DNA of 64,000 bases from Octopus bimaculoides (taxonomy: Eukaryota). Where the stretch lies: the NCBI RefSeq assembly GCF_001194135.2, contig NC_068984.1, positions 129,052,189-129,116,188 of the forward strand, written 5' to 3'. Below are positions 26,792 through 39,717 of the stretch, in pieces. Every line of letters begins with the position of its first letter. Within the stretch, counting starts at the first letter, position 1. Under the pieces are notes generated by a model. The model saw nothing but the letters and a program-made list of their open reading frames with translations, was not told the origin of the DNA and did no database searches. The translations under genes and the position numbers were made by a program.

Positions 26792-27386
26792 AAATGTTAC
26801 GTCATCTTATTTCAAGTTGTGTATTAAAAAATAATCTACCGATGTGGTTAAATTTGTTTGTTGATCAAAAGTCTTCTCCATTTTCTGATTATTTAAATTA
26901 TATATATAGATATATACATACATACATATATATATATATANNNNNNNNNNNNNNNNNNNNNNNNNNNNNNNNNNNNNNNNNNNNNNNNNNNNNNNNNNNN
27001 NNNNNNNNNNNNNNNNNNNNNNNNNNNNNNNNNNNNNNNNNNNNNNNNNNNNNNNNNNNNNNNNNNNNNNNNNNNNNNNNNNNNNNNNNNNNNNNNNNNN
27101 NNNNNNNNNNNNNNNNNNNNNNNNNNNNNNNNNNNNNNNNNNNNNNNNNNNNNNNNNNNNNNNNNNNNNNNNNNNNNNNNNNNNNNNNNNNNNNNNNNNN
27201 NNNNNNNNNNNNNNNNNNNNNNNNNNNNNNNNNNNNNNNNNNNNNNNNNNNNNNNNNNNNNNNNNNNNNNNNNNNNNNNNNNNNNNNNNNNNNNNNNNNN
27301 NNNNNNNNNNNNNNNNNNNNNNNNNNNNNNNNNNNNNNNNNNNNNNNNNNNNNNNNNNNNNNNNNNNNNNNNNNNNNNNNNNNNNN

Positions 27387-27440
<54 letters not shown>

Positions 27441-27734
27441 CGTGCGCGCGTGTGCGCGTGTGCGCGTGTGAGTGTGTATGTGTGTATATACATATGCATA
27501 CAAATGAATGGATGGAAAATATTCCTAAGTTTTTACATTACTGATATATTTCATATAACATATGCTGCAAACTTTTCCAGACATGTCATGTAATCTATCT
27601 TAATCCATCAATTTATGTTGTCACCGTGTACACGACTCCAAAACTTGTTAAGAGAAACAGAACCGGATAGATCTTATATACGTATCTGTGTATGTGTACG
27701 CGTGTTTGTTCGTATGTACATAAATGTATGTGTG

Positions 27735-27781
<47 letters not shown>

Positions 27782-28027
27782 GCGACAGAAGGGCAATGAA
27801 TCATTCGTTCATCTTATAGAGAACTACTCAATGCATTTCGTTGAAAGTTTCTTAGATTAACCAATCTGCTGTGTACAATTCAGTTTTATCCTAGAATTAT
27901 ACTATGGGAGTGCTTTAGCAAAAACATCCAAATGCGCCGATATATTAATGAGCCGACCATATTTAGATGGAAGGACATCGATAGTTGTCATTAAAATAAT
28001 AATAATGATAATAATAATAATAATAAT

Positions 28028-28366
28028 AATCCTTTCTACAATAGGCACTAAGCCTGAAATTTGGGGGTAGAGGAATAGTCGATTACAACGTCCCCAGTAC
28101 ACAATTATCGTTAATTAATGCTCGCCGCCTTAATTTATGATAATATTACTAATCCTTTCTACTATAAGCACAAATCCTGGAATTTTGGGGAAAGGGACTA
28201 GCCGATAATCTCCACCCCAGTGTTGAACTAGTACTTATTTCGTTGACCTCAAAAGGATGAAAAGCAAAGTTGACCTCAACGGAATTTGAACTCAGAACGT
28301 AAAACCAGAAGAAATGTCGCCTAGCATTTTGTCCGACGTGGTAATGATTCCAACCACCCTATGATG

Positions 28367-28412
<46 letters not shown>

Positions 28413-28666
28413 CAACAACAACAACGACAACAACAACAACAACAACAATAATAATAATCCTTTCTACTATAGGTGCAAGGCCTGAAATGTTGGGGGAAGG
28501 GACTAGTCGATTACATTGACCCCAGTGTTTCACTGGTACTTAATTTATTGACCCCAAAAGGATGAAAGGCAGCGTTGGCCTCGACAGAATTTGAACACAC
28601 GATGCAAAGAAATGCCGCTAAGCATTTTGTCCGACATGCCAATGACTGGTGCCAGCTTACCATCTT
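28028..28666 (-). mobile_element. Three head-to-tail family A SINEs separated by (AAT)n
   Basis: Units begin AATCCTTTCTAC at about 28028, 28151 and 28456. The latter two retain GGAATTTGAAC-type B-box complements. Confidence 0.85.
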
Positions 28667-29390
28667 AATAATAATAATAATATAATAATAATAATAATAT
28701 AATAATAATAATGATAATAATAATGATAATAATAATGATAATAATAACAATAGTGATCGTTATACGAGCTAAATGGGCATATATGTCAAAACGCAAGCAA
28801 AGATGGAATTCCGTTAAGTGTCAAATATATCATATAGATTTCCTTTTTATAGCATGCGTGCAATGAGTATGTGAACAATTGCGTTCGTTGGAAATTTTCT
28901 ACTCAAATAGGGTTTCAACGGGCCAATCACTGCTTGACTGCGTTTAAAAAGCTTTTAATAATCGTATACACGTAGGATTCATATGTAGATTCCATTGACA
29001 TATGATACCCATTGCCCATTTATTTTCACTTGATAGATAGCATTTATAATGTAGCTAGATATTGGCAATCCAATCTCTATCTTTATAAGTATTATGATAT
29101 GTTGCAAGCATCTAGGATAGGCACCGGATGGTGTGATTTATTTGTTCTCATAAAGGGATTGCAGAATGACCGCCATACATCGGCGAGCTATTCAAATTTC
29201 AGGCACCACAAAGTATATACATATATATATATATANNNNNNNNNNTTCAAGATAAGACGTTTAAAAGAAAAACGTCTTCCTTCTGTAGATGTGTAAATTG
29301 ATAGAGAGAGAGAGAGATGGAGAGAAAGGGGAAAAGAAAGAGAAAGAGAGTGAAGGAGAGAGAGGCAGGGATGATTTTATTAATATTTGA

Positions 29391-29503
29391 CTGAAGTAAC
29401 AGAGTGGCTCAAGACACGAGAGTTCCTTGTGTTAGCACTTTCAAACTTGATCAGTCCTAACGCACGAAACTTTCGACATGCTTGAGTCACTCTATTACTT
29501 CAG
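29391..29503. repeat. 113-bp imperfect palindrome
   Basis: CTGAAGTAACAGAGTGGCTCAAG pairs with CTTGAGTCACTCTATTACTTCAG. The inner GAGTTCCTTGTGTTAG/CTAACGCACGAAACTT also pairs. Confidence 0.85.
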
Positions 29504-29559
29504 CTAAATGTGTGTGTGTGTATACGAATGTATATATAAATATATATGTATATATATTG

Positions 29560-29899
29560 TGGCACTCCGTCGCTTACGACGACGAGGGTTCCAGTTGATC
29601 CGATCAACGGAACAGCCTGCTCGTGAAATTAACGTGCAAGTGGCTGAGAACTCCACAGACACGTGTACACTTAATGTAGTTCTCAGGGAGATTCAGATTG
29701 TGTGACAAGGCTGACCCTTTGAATTACAGGCACAACAGAAACAGGAAGTAAGAGTGCGAGAAAGTTGTGGTGAAAGAGTACAGCAGGGTTCGCCACCTCT
29801 CCCTGCCTGGGCCCTTTGAAGATTTAGGTCTGGGAATCGAAACCGCGATCTCACGACCGCGAGTCCGCTGCCTTAACCACTGGGCCATTGCGCCTCCAC
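29560..29899 (-). mobile_element. Family B SINE with tRNA-like head
   Basis: Minus: GTGGAGGCGCAATGGCCCAGTGGTTAAGGCAGCGGACTCGCGGTCGTGAGATCGCGGTTTCGATTCCCAGAC (A and B boxes), then the family B body. Confidence 0.85.
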
Positions 29900-30233
29900 G
29901 TATATATATATAATTTGGATTTTTATTATCCCTAATAATATTATTTTATATATATACATATAATATTATTAGGGATAAAAATCCAAATTTACAGGTAAAA
30001 ACTCAATTTCCCTAAAACTATATATTTATATATGTGTGTGTGTGTGTGTGTGTATACGTATACACAAGCATATATACATACATACATATATGGCAACACA
30101 CGAATGTGTGTTACCAATTTCGCTGCTTTCTTTAGCATTTTTGCCCTGAATCATGCAAGACCTAACGTTATGTATACCCGGCTTTCGTGCACATATCTCT
30201 CTCTCTCTCTCTCTCTCTCTATGTGCTCCTCCC

Positions 30234-30264
<31 letters not shown>

Positions 30265-30945
30265 CTCCTCCCCTCTCTCTCTCTCTCCCTCTTTTCCTCC
30301 TTCACCCAACTATCTTATTTCTGTTTAGCATGTTGCATACACTTACGTACAACAATCACCATGTTATTCTATGTTATTTAAATCTTTTCTGTCTGAGCAG
30401 AAATGTGATAGTGATATTTACCGAACATTAGTGGGCAATTTTGCTTGGTTCTCCCGTTACATTGATATTCTATCATGATTTATTGACACGCATGTTCCCT
30501 CGTGCGCTGACCAGCCACCCTCTCACGGATAGTCACAAACTCGTAGTGATTAGCGCCATTCATTTTCTTTACTGTTATTAATCTACACCGTTGCTGCAGT
30601 TTTGTTCACACAGCCACCATAATGCAATTCCTAAATAGCACGTTATACATAATATGCATAATATCTCCATACTAAATCTTGCAAATCACCATTGACATCG
30701 GTGATTTGACAGCGGTGGCAACAACCATGAGTAGAAGAATATACGCAGTCGTTCGCAACACTAAAAAAATCTTCTTTATCTTTTACTTGTTTCAGTCACT
30801 GGACTGTGGCTGTGCAGGAGAACTACCTTCAATCGATCCCAATATTTAAGCATGGTACTTATTCTATCGGTTTCCTTTTGCCGAGCAGCTAAGTTACAGG
30901 GACGTAATCAAACCAATAACGGTTGACAGACAGAAACACAAGAAT

Positions 30946-30982
<37 letters not shown>

Positions 30983-31339
30983 ATAGAAAATGTATATGTA
31001 TTTATGGATATATATGTGTGTATGTATATATGTATGTATTATTTTTTATTTATTTATGCGCCCTTTTCAAGCCTAGCCAGGCTCATGGGCTCGGTTTCCC
31101 GGTTTCTATGGCGTATGTGTTCCCCCCAGGTGGACGGGACGCCACATCAGTGGACTATACACAAAATAGTACATAAATAGAAATATATATATATATATAC
31201 AACATACGAATACTTACATATACACACATATACACACATATGCACACGACCAATTTAAATTGCCTGTCTAAACTCCACGTGCTATATGGTCAAAATACCA
31301 CCGCAATGAATATAATGACGAAGTAAATATAAATTTACA

Positions 31340-31376
<37 letters not shown>

Positions 31377-31379
<3 letters not shown>

Positions 31380-31706
31380 ATGAAAGGCAAAGTCGACCTC
31401 GGCGGAATTTGAACTCAGAACGTAAAGACAGACGAAATACCGCTAAGCATTTCGTCCGGCGTGCTAACGTTTCTTATTTCTGTATTGCCCACAAGGGGCT
31501 AAACATAGAGGGGCAAACAAGAACAAACAAAGGGATGAAATCGATTACATTGACCCCAGTGCGTAACTGGTACTTCATTTATCGACCCCAAAAGGATGAA
31601 AGGCAATGTCGACCTTGGCAGAATTTGAACTCACAACGTAAAGACAGACGAAATACCGTAGAGCATTTCGCCCGGCGTGCTAAAGTTTCTGCCAGCTCGC
31701 TGCCTT
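31377..31706 (-). mobile_element. Family A SINE dimer (second unit truncated)
   Basis: Same junction as 11602-12018, on the minus strand. Confidence 0.85.
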
Positions 31707-33294
31707 AACCAGTATCAAATATTGTAACCATCATGCTACTGAATCTGCCAAATCACCGCTCGAAAGAGTATGAATAATTTGTAATAGCCACAGACATTTT
31801 TTCCTGCTATAAGCACAAAGCCTGAACATTTGTTGCGGGTAGAGGAGCTCATCGACTACATCGACCCCAACGAAGTCTATCTCAGAGCATTTGAACTCAG
31901 AAATTAAAGAGCTGTAACTAAATACCGTTCCACATTTTGTTCGACGCTCAAACAAACGATAACCGTGATATATAAAATGATCGCATGGCTACACATTTAG
32001 AAGGGATGGTTGTTGATTATATTAACTCTAATACTCCACTGGTACTTGATTTATCAACTCCGAAAGGAGGAAAGGCAAAATCCAGCTTCGCAAAATTTGA
32101 ACTCAGAGCATAAAACTGGAAGAATCATGCCAGCTTGTTGCCATAACAATGCAGTGAAAATAATATATAAAATGGTTACGACGAGTGGTTGTTGATTATA
32201 GTGACTCGAATATTTTACAAGTACTTTCTTTATCTACTCCGAAAAACAAAGTCGGCTTCGGTGGGATCTGAACTTGAGTGAATATGCGTAAGAATAAGTG
32301 ACAGTCCTAATGTAGTAACTACAGTAAATATCAGGATGTAGAATGAGGCATCATTTTGAAAGTTATACAAGGCAGAGGCCATAAACTCATGAACAATATC
32401 TTGCTGTTGCTATGCAGAAAAATATTACAATTGTCTAAGAGTTCAAGTATAGTTCAACAGGACATATGATACAGGAATTGTGAGAGGACGGCAAATATAA
32501 TTATTTGTTGTTGATAAAGAATATAAAATTTCACGACATTTTAGTGTAGAGAAATACTTAAATTTCGAGGCAGCAAAAGTGCTTCTACGTGACTCTTCGA
32601 TCAATTAGAAATAGTAGCTAAATCTCATTCAACATACACTCATTTCTTTTCACCGTCCAGGTCCATCACTTCTGGTTTCTTTTGATGGTCTTTGCGGCAT
32701 GCAAAATGAGAAGCGGTCGCTAGTTCTTCACTCAATCCTTCTCCACCTTTTTGGATCAAAGAACTTTGTGAATGTTACCACACAACCCTTTGACAGAGTG
32801 GCTGAATCAGAGAGTGAAAGAGAGAGAAAGACAAAATGAAAGCTAGGTAAAAGAATCGCATTAGTACTTTATTAGAACCTGGTACTTTGTTTTATTGACC
32901 TAAGCAGGATAAAGGTGACCTTGGCAGAATTTGAAATCAAAAAGCAAAAAAATTCTGTCTTAAAAGTTATTGACCAGTTTTTGGTTGTATAGTTTAGACT
33001 TGCAAACTCGCTTGCTTTACCGCGCTGGGGAAATATTTATAGAATTGATTTCCTTCTTGCAATAGTTTGTATGAAGACGACTAACTATAACTAATCAACG
33101 AACTTTATGAATCCTCTCAAACGAATAATATAAAATTTTATTTAACTTCAATCGTTAGTTGTTTCGAAAACATGTAAACTTAAATCATAAAATATATGAT
33201 CATGCAACTAACACACACTCCCTAAAATTACTGCCCTTGAACCAGAATTTGAAACCGTTATTATTACAGTTATCTCAGTAGAATTAATTGGGTT

Positions 33295-33506
33295 AGCTGG
33301 CAGAATCCTCAGCACGCCAGGCGAAATGCTTAGCAGTATTTCGTCTGCCGCTACATTCTGAGTTCAAATTCCGCCGAGATCGACTTTACCTTACATCCTT
33401 TCGAGGTCGATAAATTAAGTACCAGTGTTTCGCTGGAGTCGATGTAAACGACTAGACCCCTTCTCCAAAATTTTAGGCATTGTGCCTTTAGTAGAAAGGA
33501 TTATTA
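33295..33506 (+). mobile_element. Family A SINE
   Basis: AGCTGGCAGAATC...GAGTTCAAATTCCGCC...AGTAGAAAGGATTATT. Confidence 0.85.
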
Positions 33507-34374
33507 TCAGATCTGTAAGGGCGGCACAAATTGGTACCTTGCTGAGCAATAATTAATTTCGTTGCTTAATGACTGAATTCAAGTTCTGCCAATTAGCTTC
33601 GACATTACATTTTATCCCACCATTGCTCCGCAGGAAATATTTACTATATTCAGTTCAATAGAATACAGCTTCTCCAGCTCACGATCTGTGTGTGTAGGTA
33701 CAAACTATATTACGCAATAGAAGCAGAAGTTTATTCGGGGTCAAGGGGTCACCAACTGACTGGGTTATGACAAAAACCCGAGTAATGGAGTGGGCAGAGA
33801 GACACCATAACTTTTCGCTTAGTATATTAACTATGAAATACCCTTGAGAGAAATGGATAGTCATACTGGAACACCTTTGATTATAGGTCTGCAGACTCAT
33901 TCGCAGCTGACCTGGGATAAATTGGAATTTAAAAAAAAACAAAGGCAAAATATTCAAAGTATCATAATTTTATGTGTGATATAGCAATTATGTGGCCGCT
34001 AACAAAATAGACGTCTTCAATGTGAAATACATTAACAATACATTGTTGTAAATAGCTTCTGAGGGTTCGCAGTGAATCGAAATAATGGAAAATATTATTT
34101 CCTATCATTGGCACAAGGCCAAACATTTTGGTCGAAGGTATAGCCAATTAAATCGATCTCTGTATTTAACTAGTATTTAATTGTATCGATTCCCAGAAGG
34201 TTGAAAGATAAAAACTGACTTCGGCTAAATTTGAATTCAGAACATAAAGGGACATAACTGAAATATTATACGGTACAAGTACATCAACGATGACAATAAT
34301 ATTTTGTTCGATGTTATACTTTTTTATATGTGTGTGTGAATGAGTGTGTGTGTGAGTGTTTGTGTGTGTGTGTT

Positions 34375-34419
<45 letters not shown>

Positions 34420-34818
34420 CGCTATCTTATTTCGAGTATGTTTGTTATTTGAGATATTGATATTTTAACTATAACCTTGCTTGCCTCCATATAACACAAG
34501 TTGTAAAAACACAAGCAATTAATTCAACTGAAGAAAAAACAACGACATTTGTACTTAATAAATCTAAAACAGTGGATAAACTAGTCTGAGTAAAAGTCTA
34601 AGAATTGCTGAAGATAATTACACAGTTCTTGGCTATAGTAGTTTCGTTACGAAAGAGTAATCATTTGGAATATATAATCAATGATAATTCTGAGACATAC
34701 ATACACACACAAGCATATACATATACGCACACACATACACTACGTGCGTTTAGATAGCTAGCTAGCTAGCTAGATAGATAGATAGATAGATAGATAGATA
34801 CATACATACATACATACA

Positions 34819-34850
<32 letters not shown>

Positions 34851-34873
34851 CACATATGCATGTATATATTTCA

Positions 34874-34909
<36 letters not shown>

Positions 34910-36345
34910 TTAAGCTGGTGTTTCAGTCAACTGACTGAAACAAAGAAAAGAATAAAGAATATATATATATATAAACATCGATATTCCTCCCTGTGCCTGT
35001 GAAACCTTGTATCCCTGCCGTAAGGCTTTATTTCCACACGCCAGCTTAATTTAATTCGTCCTTAGTCGAAAGACACTTGTTGTTATGTCCTGTTATTATT
35101 TTTATTGTATTTTTGTAACATTGTTCGTTTCATTTCGTCCTTGTTTTTTTATACATTCGGTGCTTTCTTCCAAGGAATCTAATGCTCTTAGCTTAGTTTT
35201 TCCTTGGGGCTGGCCAGATTGGAGCAATATCGAGTAAAACCAGCCGAAATTGCAAAGATAATCTGGATCTCGACTGAGGAAAGAAAACTCCGAATGAACT
35301 GTCCTTTTTTTCTTTCTATCGTCTATCCGGTTGTCCCTTTATTGTATCACCTAACTTTCTGGTTGTTTTGCGTTCTTGTCCCATTTTGTATTATTTATAT
35401 ATNNNNNNNNNNNNNNNNNNNNNNNNNNNNNNNNNNNNNNNNNNNNNNNNNNNNNNNNNNNNNNNNNNNNNNNNNNNNNNNNNNNNNNNNNNNNNNNNNN
35501 NNNNNNNNNNNNNNNNNNNNNNNNNNNNNNNNNNNNNNNNNNNNNNNNNNNNNNNNNNNNNNNNNNNNNNNNNNNNNNNNNNNNNNNNNNNNNNNNNNNN
35601 NNNNNNNNNNNNNNNNNNNNNNNNNNNNNNNNNNNNNNNNNNNNNNNNNNNNNNNNNNNNNNNNNNNNNNNNNNNNNNNNNNNNNNNNNNNNNNNNNNNN
35701 NNNNNNNNNNNNNNNNNNNNNNNNNNNNNNNNNNNNNNNNNNNNNNNNNNNNNNNNNNNNNNNNNNNNNNNNNNNNNNNNNNNNNNNNNNNNNNNNNNNN
35801 NNNNNNNNNNNNNNNNNNNNNNNNNNNNNNNNNNNNNNNNNNNNNNNNNNNNNNNNNNNNNNNNNNNNNNNNNNNNNNNNNNNNNNNNNNNNNNNNNNNN
35901 NNNNNNNNNNNNNNNNNNNNNNNNNNNNNNNNNNNNNNNNNNNNNNNNNNNNNNNNNNNNNNNNNNNNNNNNNNNNNNNNNNNNNNNNNNNNNNNNNNNN
36001 NNNNNNNNNNNNNNNNNNNNNNNNNNNNNNNNNNNNNNNNNNNNNNNNNNNNNNNNNNNNNNNNNNNNNNNNNNNNNNNNNNNNNNNNNNNNNNNNNNNN
36101 NNNNNNNNNNNNNNNNNNNNNNNNNNNNNNNNNNNNNNNNNNNNNNNNNNNNNNNNNNNNNNNNNNNNNNNNNNNNNNNNNNNNNNNNNNNNNNNNNNNN
36201 NNNNNNNNNNNNNNNNNNNNNNNNNNNNNNNNNNNNNNNNNNNNNNNNNNNNNNNNNNNNNNNNNNNNNNNNNNNNNNNNNNNNNNNNNNNNNNNNNNNN
36301 NNNNNNNNNNNNNNNNNNNNNNNNNNNNNNNNNNNNNNNNNNNNN

Positions 36346-36413
<68 letters not shown>

Positions 36414-37494
36414 CTGTGTGTTTGTGTGTGTGTGTGTGTCTGTGTGTGTTGTGAAAGAGAGAGAGAAACAAAGAGAGAATGATTGACTGTAGCTTTGTGG
36501 CTTCAAATTTCGCCTGATAAGAGTTTGGGTTACTATTCATCGCGTGATCTTATTGTTGTTTTTGATTCTGGTGTTCAGATGAGTCTGGAGGTAGCAGACG
36601 TATTATTAAAGCCGTTTCAGTCTTTTGTAATTTTCCAGACAAAGTGTATCTAGGAATGCATTGTCGAACTGTATCTTCAATTCTTTTACGTTGATAGAAT
36701 GTGTTCTGATGAAGATTTGTCTACTGATACCATTTCAGCAAGCTGTCGATGTATCTCGTAAATTATGTCTCGGACCGATGACATACTGAAAACTTTATTT
36801 TGCAGGAATTAATGTCTTAATAAAATTGAGTTGCTGACGGATTTGATAATAAAAAAAATTTCTGGTAAAAGAGATGTTTCTAATTTAGGCACAAGACAAG
36901 CAATTTTGTGTGGAGGTGGTTAGTCGATTATACCGAGCATATTACTTGACTGATATTTTATTGATCCCCAAGAGACAAAATCTGACCTCTACAGCATTTG
37001 TACTCAAAACGGTGAGAACTATATTAAAAATCGCATGGTATTTTGACAGATGCTGTAATGACTCTGCCATCTTCAGCTCTGATAGTGGTTAAATAACGTT
37101 TTTGATAAATAACCATAAATGCTTCCTAGAAAATGATAAAGCTGACAGAAACAATCAGTTTCATAACATGATAGAGAACTTATTTAATGCACCCATTTTG
37201 CTTAAATCATTACAAAAACATGATATATGCGTTCGTGTTCGTGCGTGTATGTGTACTAGTACATAGGTGTAAGTGTGTTTGTGCGCCCGTGTGCGTGTGC
37301 GTAAAAGAGAAAGTTTGTTCTTATGACGCAAATCAAAATACATCCCGAGGCACATATCAATTTTTTGCTATTGAGAGAATGCAGAACTGAAAAAAAGTGT
37401 TATTGCTAATACATAAAAACATTTATACTTACGAGCTACATTGAGAAGTGAATACTGAAGCCAATTACAAATTTATAGATGGTTTCAGCATTCA

Positions 37495-37565
<71 letters not shown>

Positions 37566-37570
<5 letters not shown>

Positions 37571-37786
37571 AGGGATGCTGAAAAATTCCTGGCTTTGGGT
37601 AAAAGAAAATACAAGAGCTTCAGCTAATTATGGTTTTATTCAGCATATCCTCCACTCAGATTCACACACTTATTGCAGCGGTCCTTCATTTTTTCTAAGC
37701 CCTGTAAAAGAACTTAGAAGGTCGGGCCTCCAGCCAGGCCTTTCGCTATAACCTTAAAGCCAGGAACTTTTCAGCACCTCCTCGTA
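37566..37786. mobile_element. Mariner-type MITE, complete
   Basis: About 30-bp imperfect TIRs (TACGAAGGGATGCTGAAAAATTCCTGGCTTT / AAAGCCAGGAACTTTTCAGCACCTCCTCGTA) with TA at both ends. Confidence 0.85.
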
Positions 37787-39717
37787 TAGAGCTCTCAACT
37801 CCTTTATGGGGTTGTATAGTGCCGCTGTCACAGAGGGTTGTATTGGCCATTTTCGACCTGGAGCCCATCCTCCCCAGTTCTGCCTACACCCGAGTTCCCT
37901 CAGAAGACAGAATGTTACACAAACAGAATGGAGTCAGAGAAGAAAGAATTAACCTTAGTACGGGACTGGTACTTTATACATTGATCCCGGAAAAGGTGAT
38001 AGGCAAATTATTTTTGTATATGATGCGAAAACGTTTACGCACCCAGTATGCGCTAATATTCGAAGTATGTAGTGGACGATAAATAATTTTCTGTATGTTA
38101 AATAGGAAATAAATAGGAATAAATATCCAGTTTACGATTTGTATCAATCGGCTTTTTTTGGTCGATTAGACACCACAATAGATCAAGTAGTGACTAATAG
38201 AGTTTTAAATTCCATTCGCTGTATTTTCAAACAATCGTGGGTTATTTTTACGTTGTCATTACTAATGCAGCAAGAGAGTTTATAATTCATGTGGAAGAAC
38301 CCTGTAAATGTTGGAAGGACGAAATAAGTTCGTTTCGATTGCTTATGATTGTAGGAGGGACGTGAATAGTATACAGTTTTTTGTATATGTCATCTTATCT
38401 AATATCACCCATAGGAATCTGACTTATTTCTTTGCATTTCTTCATTACAAGACGTATTTTGAAAATGCTTTAGTGTCCTTCACAAGCGAATGTTAGACTG
38501 GGCTGTTGATGCTGATGTTTTATGAAGGAGAACTCGCATAGTTTATGTATTTTGTTGTTATGTATTTAAAGAGACGTTAGTATGTTATATATATTATTTG
38601 CAAACATCTTGCAGATACAAGTGCTAGTGTCCATCAGGAGAGAATGCGCACCGTGCTGCCTCCCTCCACACACACACACACACACCTTACTGAGATGAGG
38701 TCCCGCTTCCTAGATCAACTGGTTACTATGTATATGTATGCATGTATGTACATTCGTATGTATGTATGTTATTATTCAGTTTTGTATTCAAGATTTCTTG
38801 CCAATAGAGAAACAGTCGGTTTCTAACCTAGATCCAAGACTCCTTCATTGGAATTTCAACATCAACAGGATATTTTGGTATGTATATATGTATGTTATCC
38901 TTCCGACGGATTTCATTATATAATGTCCTTGCTACATCATGTCCCATCGATCGTCATATAATACCGTGATGACATTGGCTGATGTTCTCGGTGTTAACCC
39001 CACAAAGTCTGCATCGGTTGTCACATTTTACTGATTTTCCTGCACCTCTGTCCCTTTTGTACATCAGCTGATATTTCCTGTTCCTGTATGTATGTATGTA
39101 TGTATGTATGTGTGTGTGTATGTATGTATTTATGTGTATATGTATGTATGTATGTATGTTTGTCTTTCATCTTTTATCTTTTACTTGTTTCAGTCATCAA
39201 ACTGTGACCATGCTGGGGCACCGCCTTAAAAAGTTTTAGTCGAACGAATCGACCCCAGTACTCTTTTTTTTTTTTTTTTTTGTTAGCCTGGTACTTATTC
39301 TATCGGTCTATGAAATACATAAACTATTAAATTTAATTTTGAAATCAATATATGAAATTTAATTTTGCGAGTAAAATATCAGCCGTCTGTCGTCTTTTAC
39401 TATGAAAAGTAATATATTTAACAACCACCCATAATATAACAATTTTATAATGGTCACCAGCTTCATAATGATCAATATCATGATCGTCTTGATGAAAAAT
39501 TGATAGTTTACATTCCAGTGATTTAGAGAAATTTACTCTGTTTGCGAGGTTTTCGGAAGTTTTTGTTTAATGATTTCCGGTCGCTATTAGTGTAAATAAT
39601 TGAAGATTATAATCTTTGCTGCAATGTCCATAAAACTTATTATTATTATCATTACTATTATTATTGGTGCTGTTGTTGTTGTTGCTGTTGTTGTTGTTGT
39701 TGTTGTTGTTATTATTA

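Noticed and set aside
28028-28760. Repeat-spacer-like periodicity suggesting a CRISPR array
   Set aside because: These are eukaryotic SINE units with microsatellite spacers, and no cas genes are present.
29830-29899. tRNA-like sequences as genuine tRNA genes (also 43567-43656)
   Set aside because: The acceptor stems do not pair, and they are attached to SINE bodies or tails.
35272-35295. CTGAGGA...CGAAT resembling a hammerhead core
   Set aside because: There is no stem II pairing and no GAAA/stem III.
37960-38070. RQIIFVYD...GTATGT as USP exon 1
   Set aside because: It overlaps a SINE remnant, has no start codon, and would give Arg rather than Trp at the junction.
38308-38496. ORF MLEGRNKFVSIAYDC as USP N-terminus
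   Set aside because: No phase-1 donor at the required position, and poor USP similarity.
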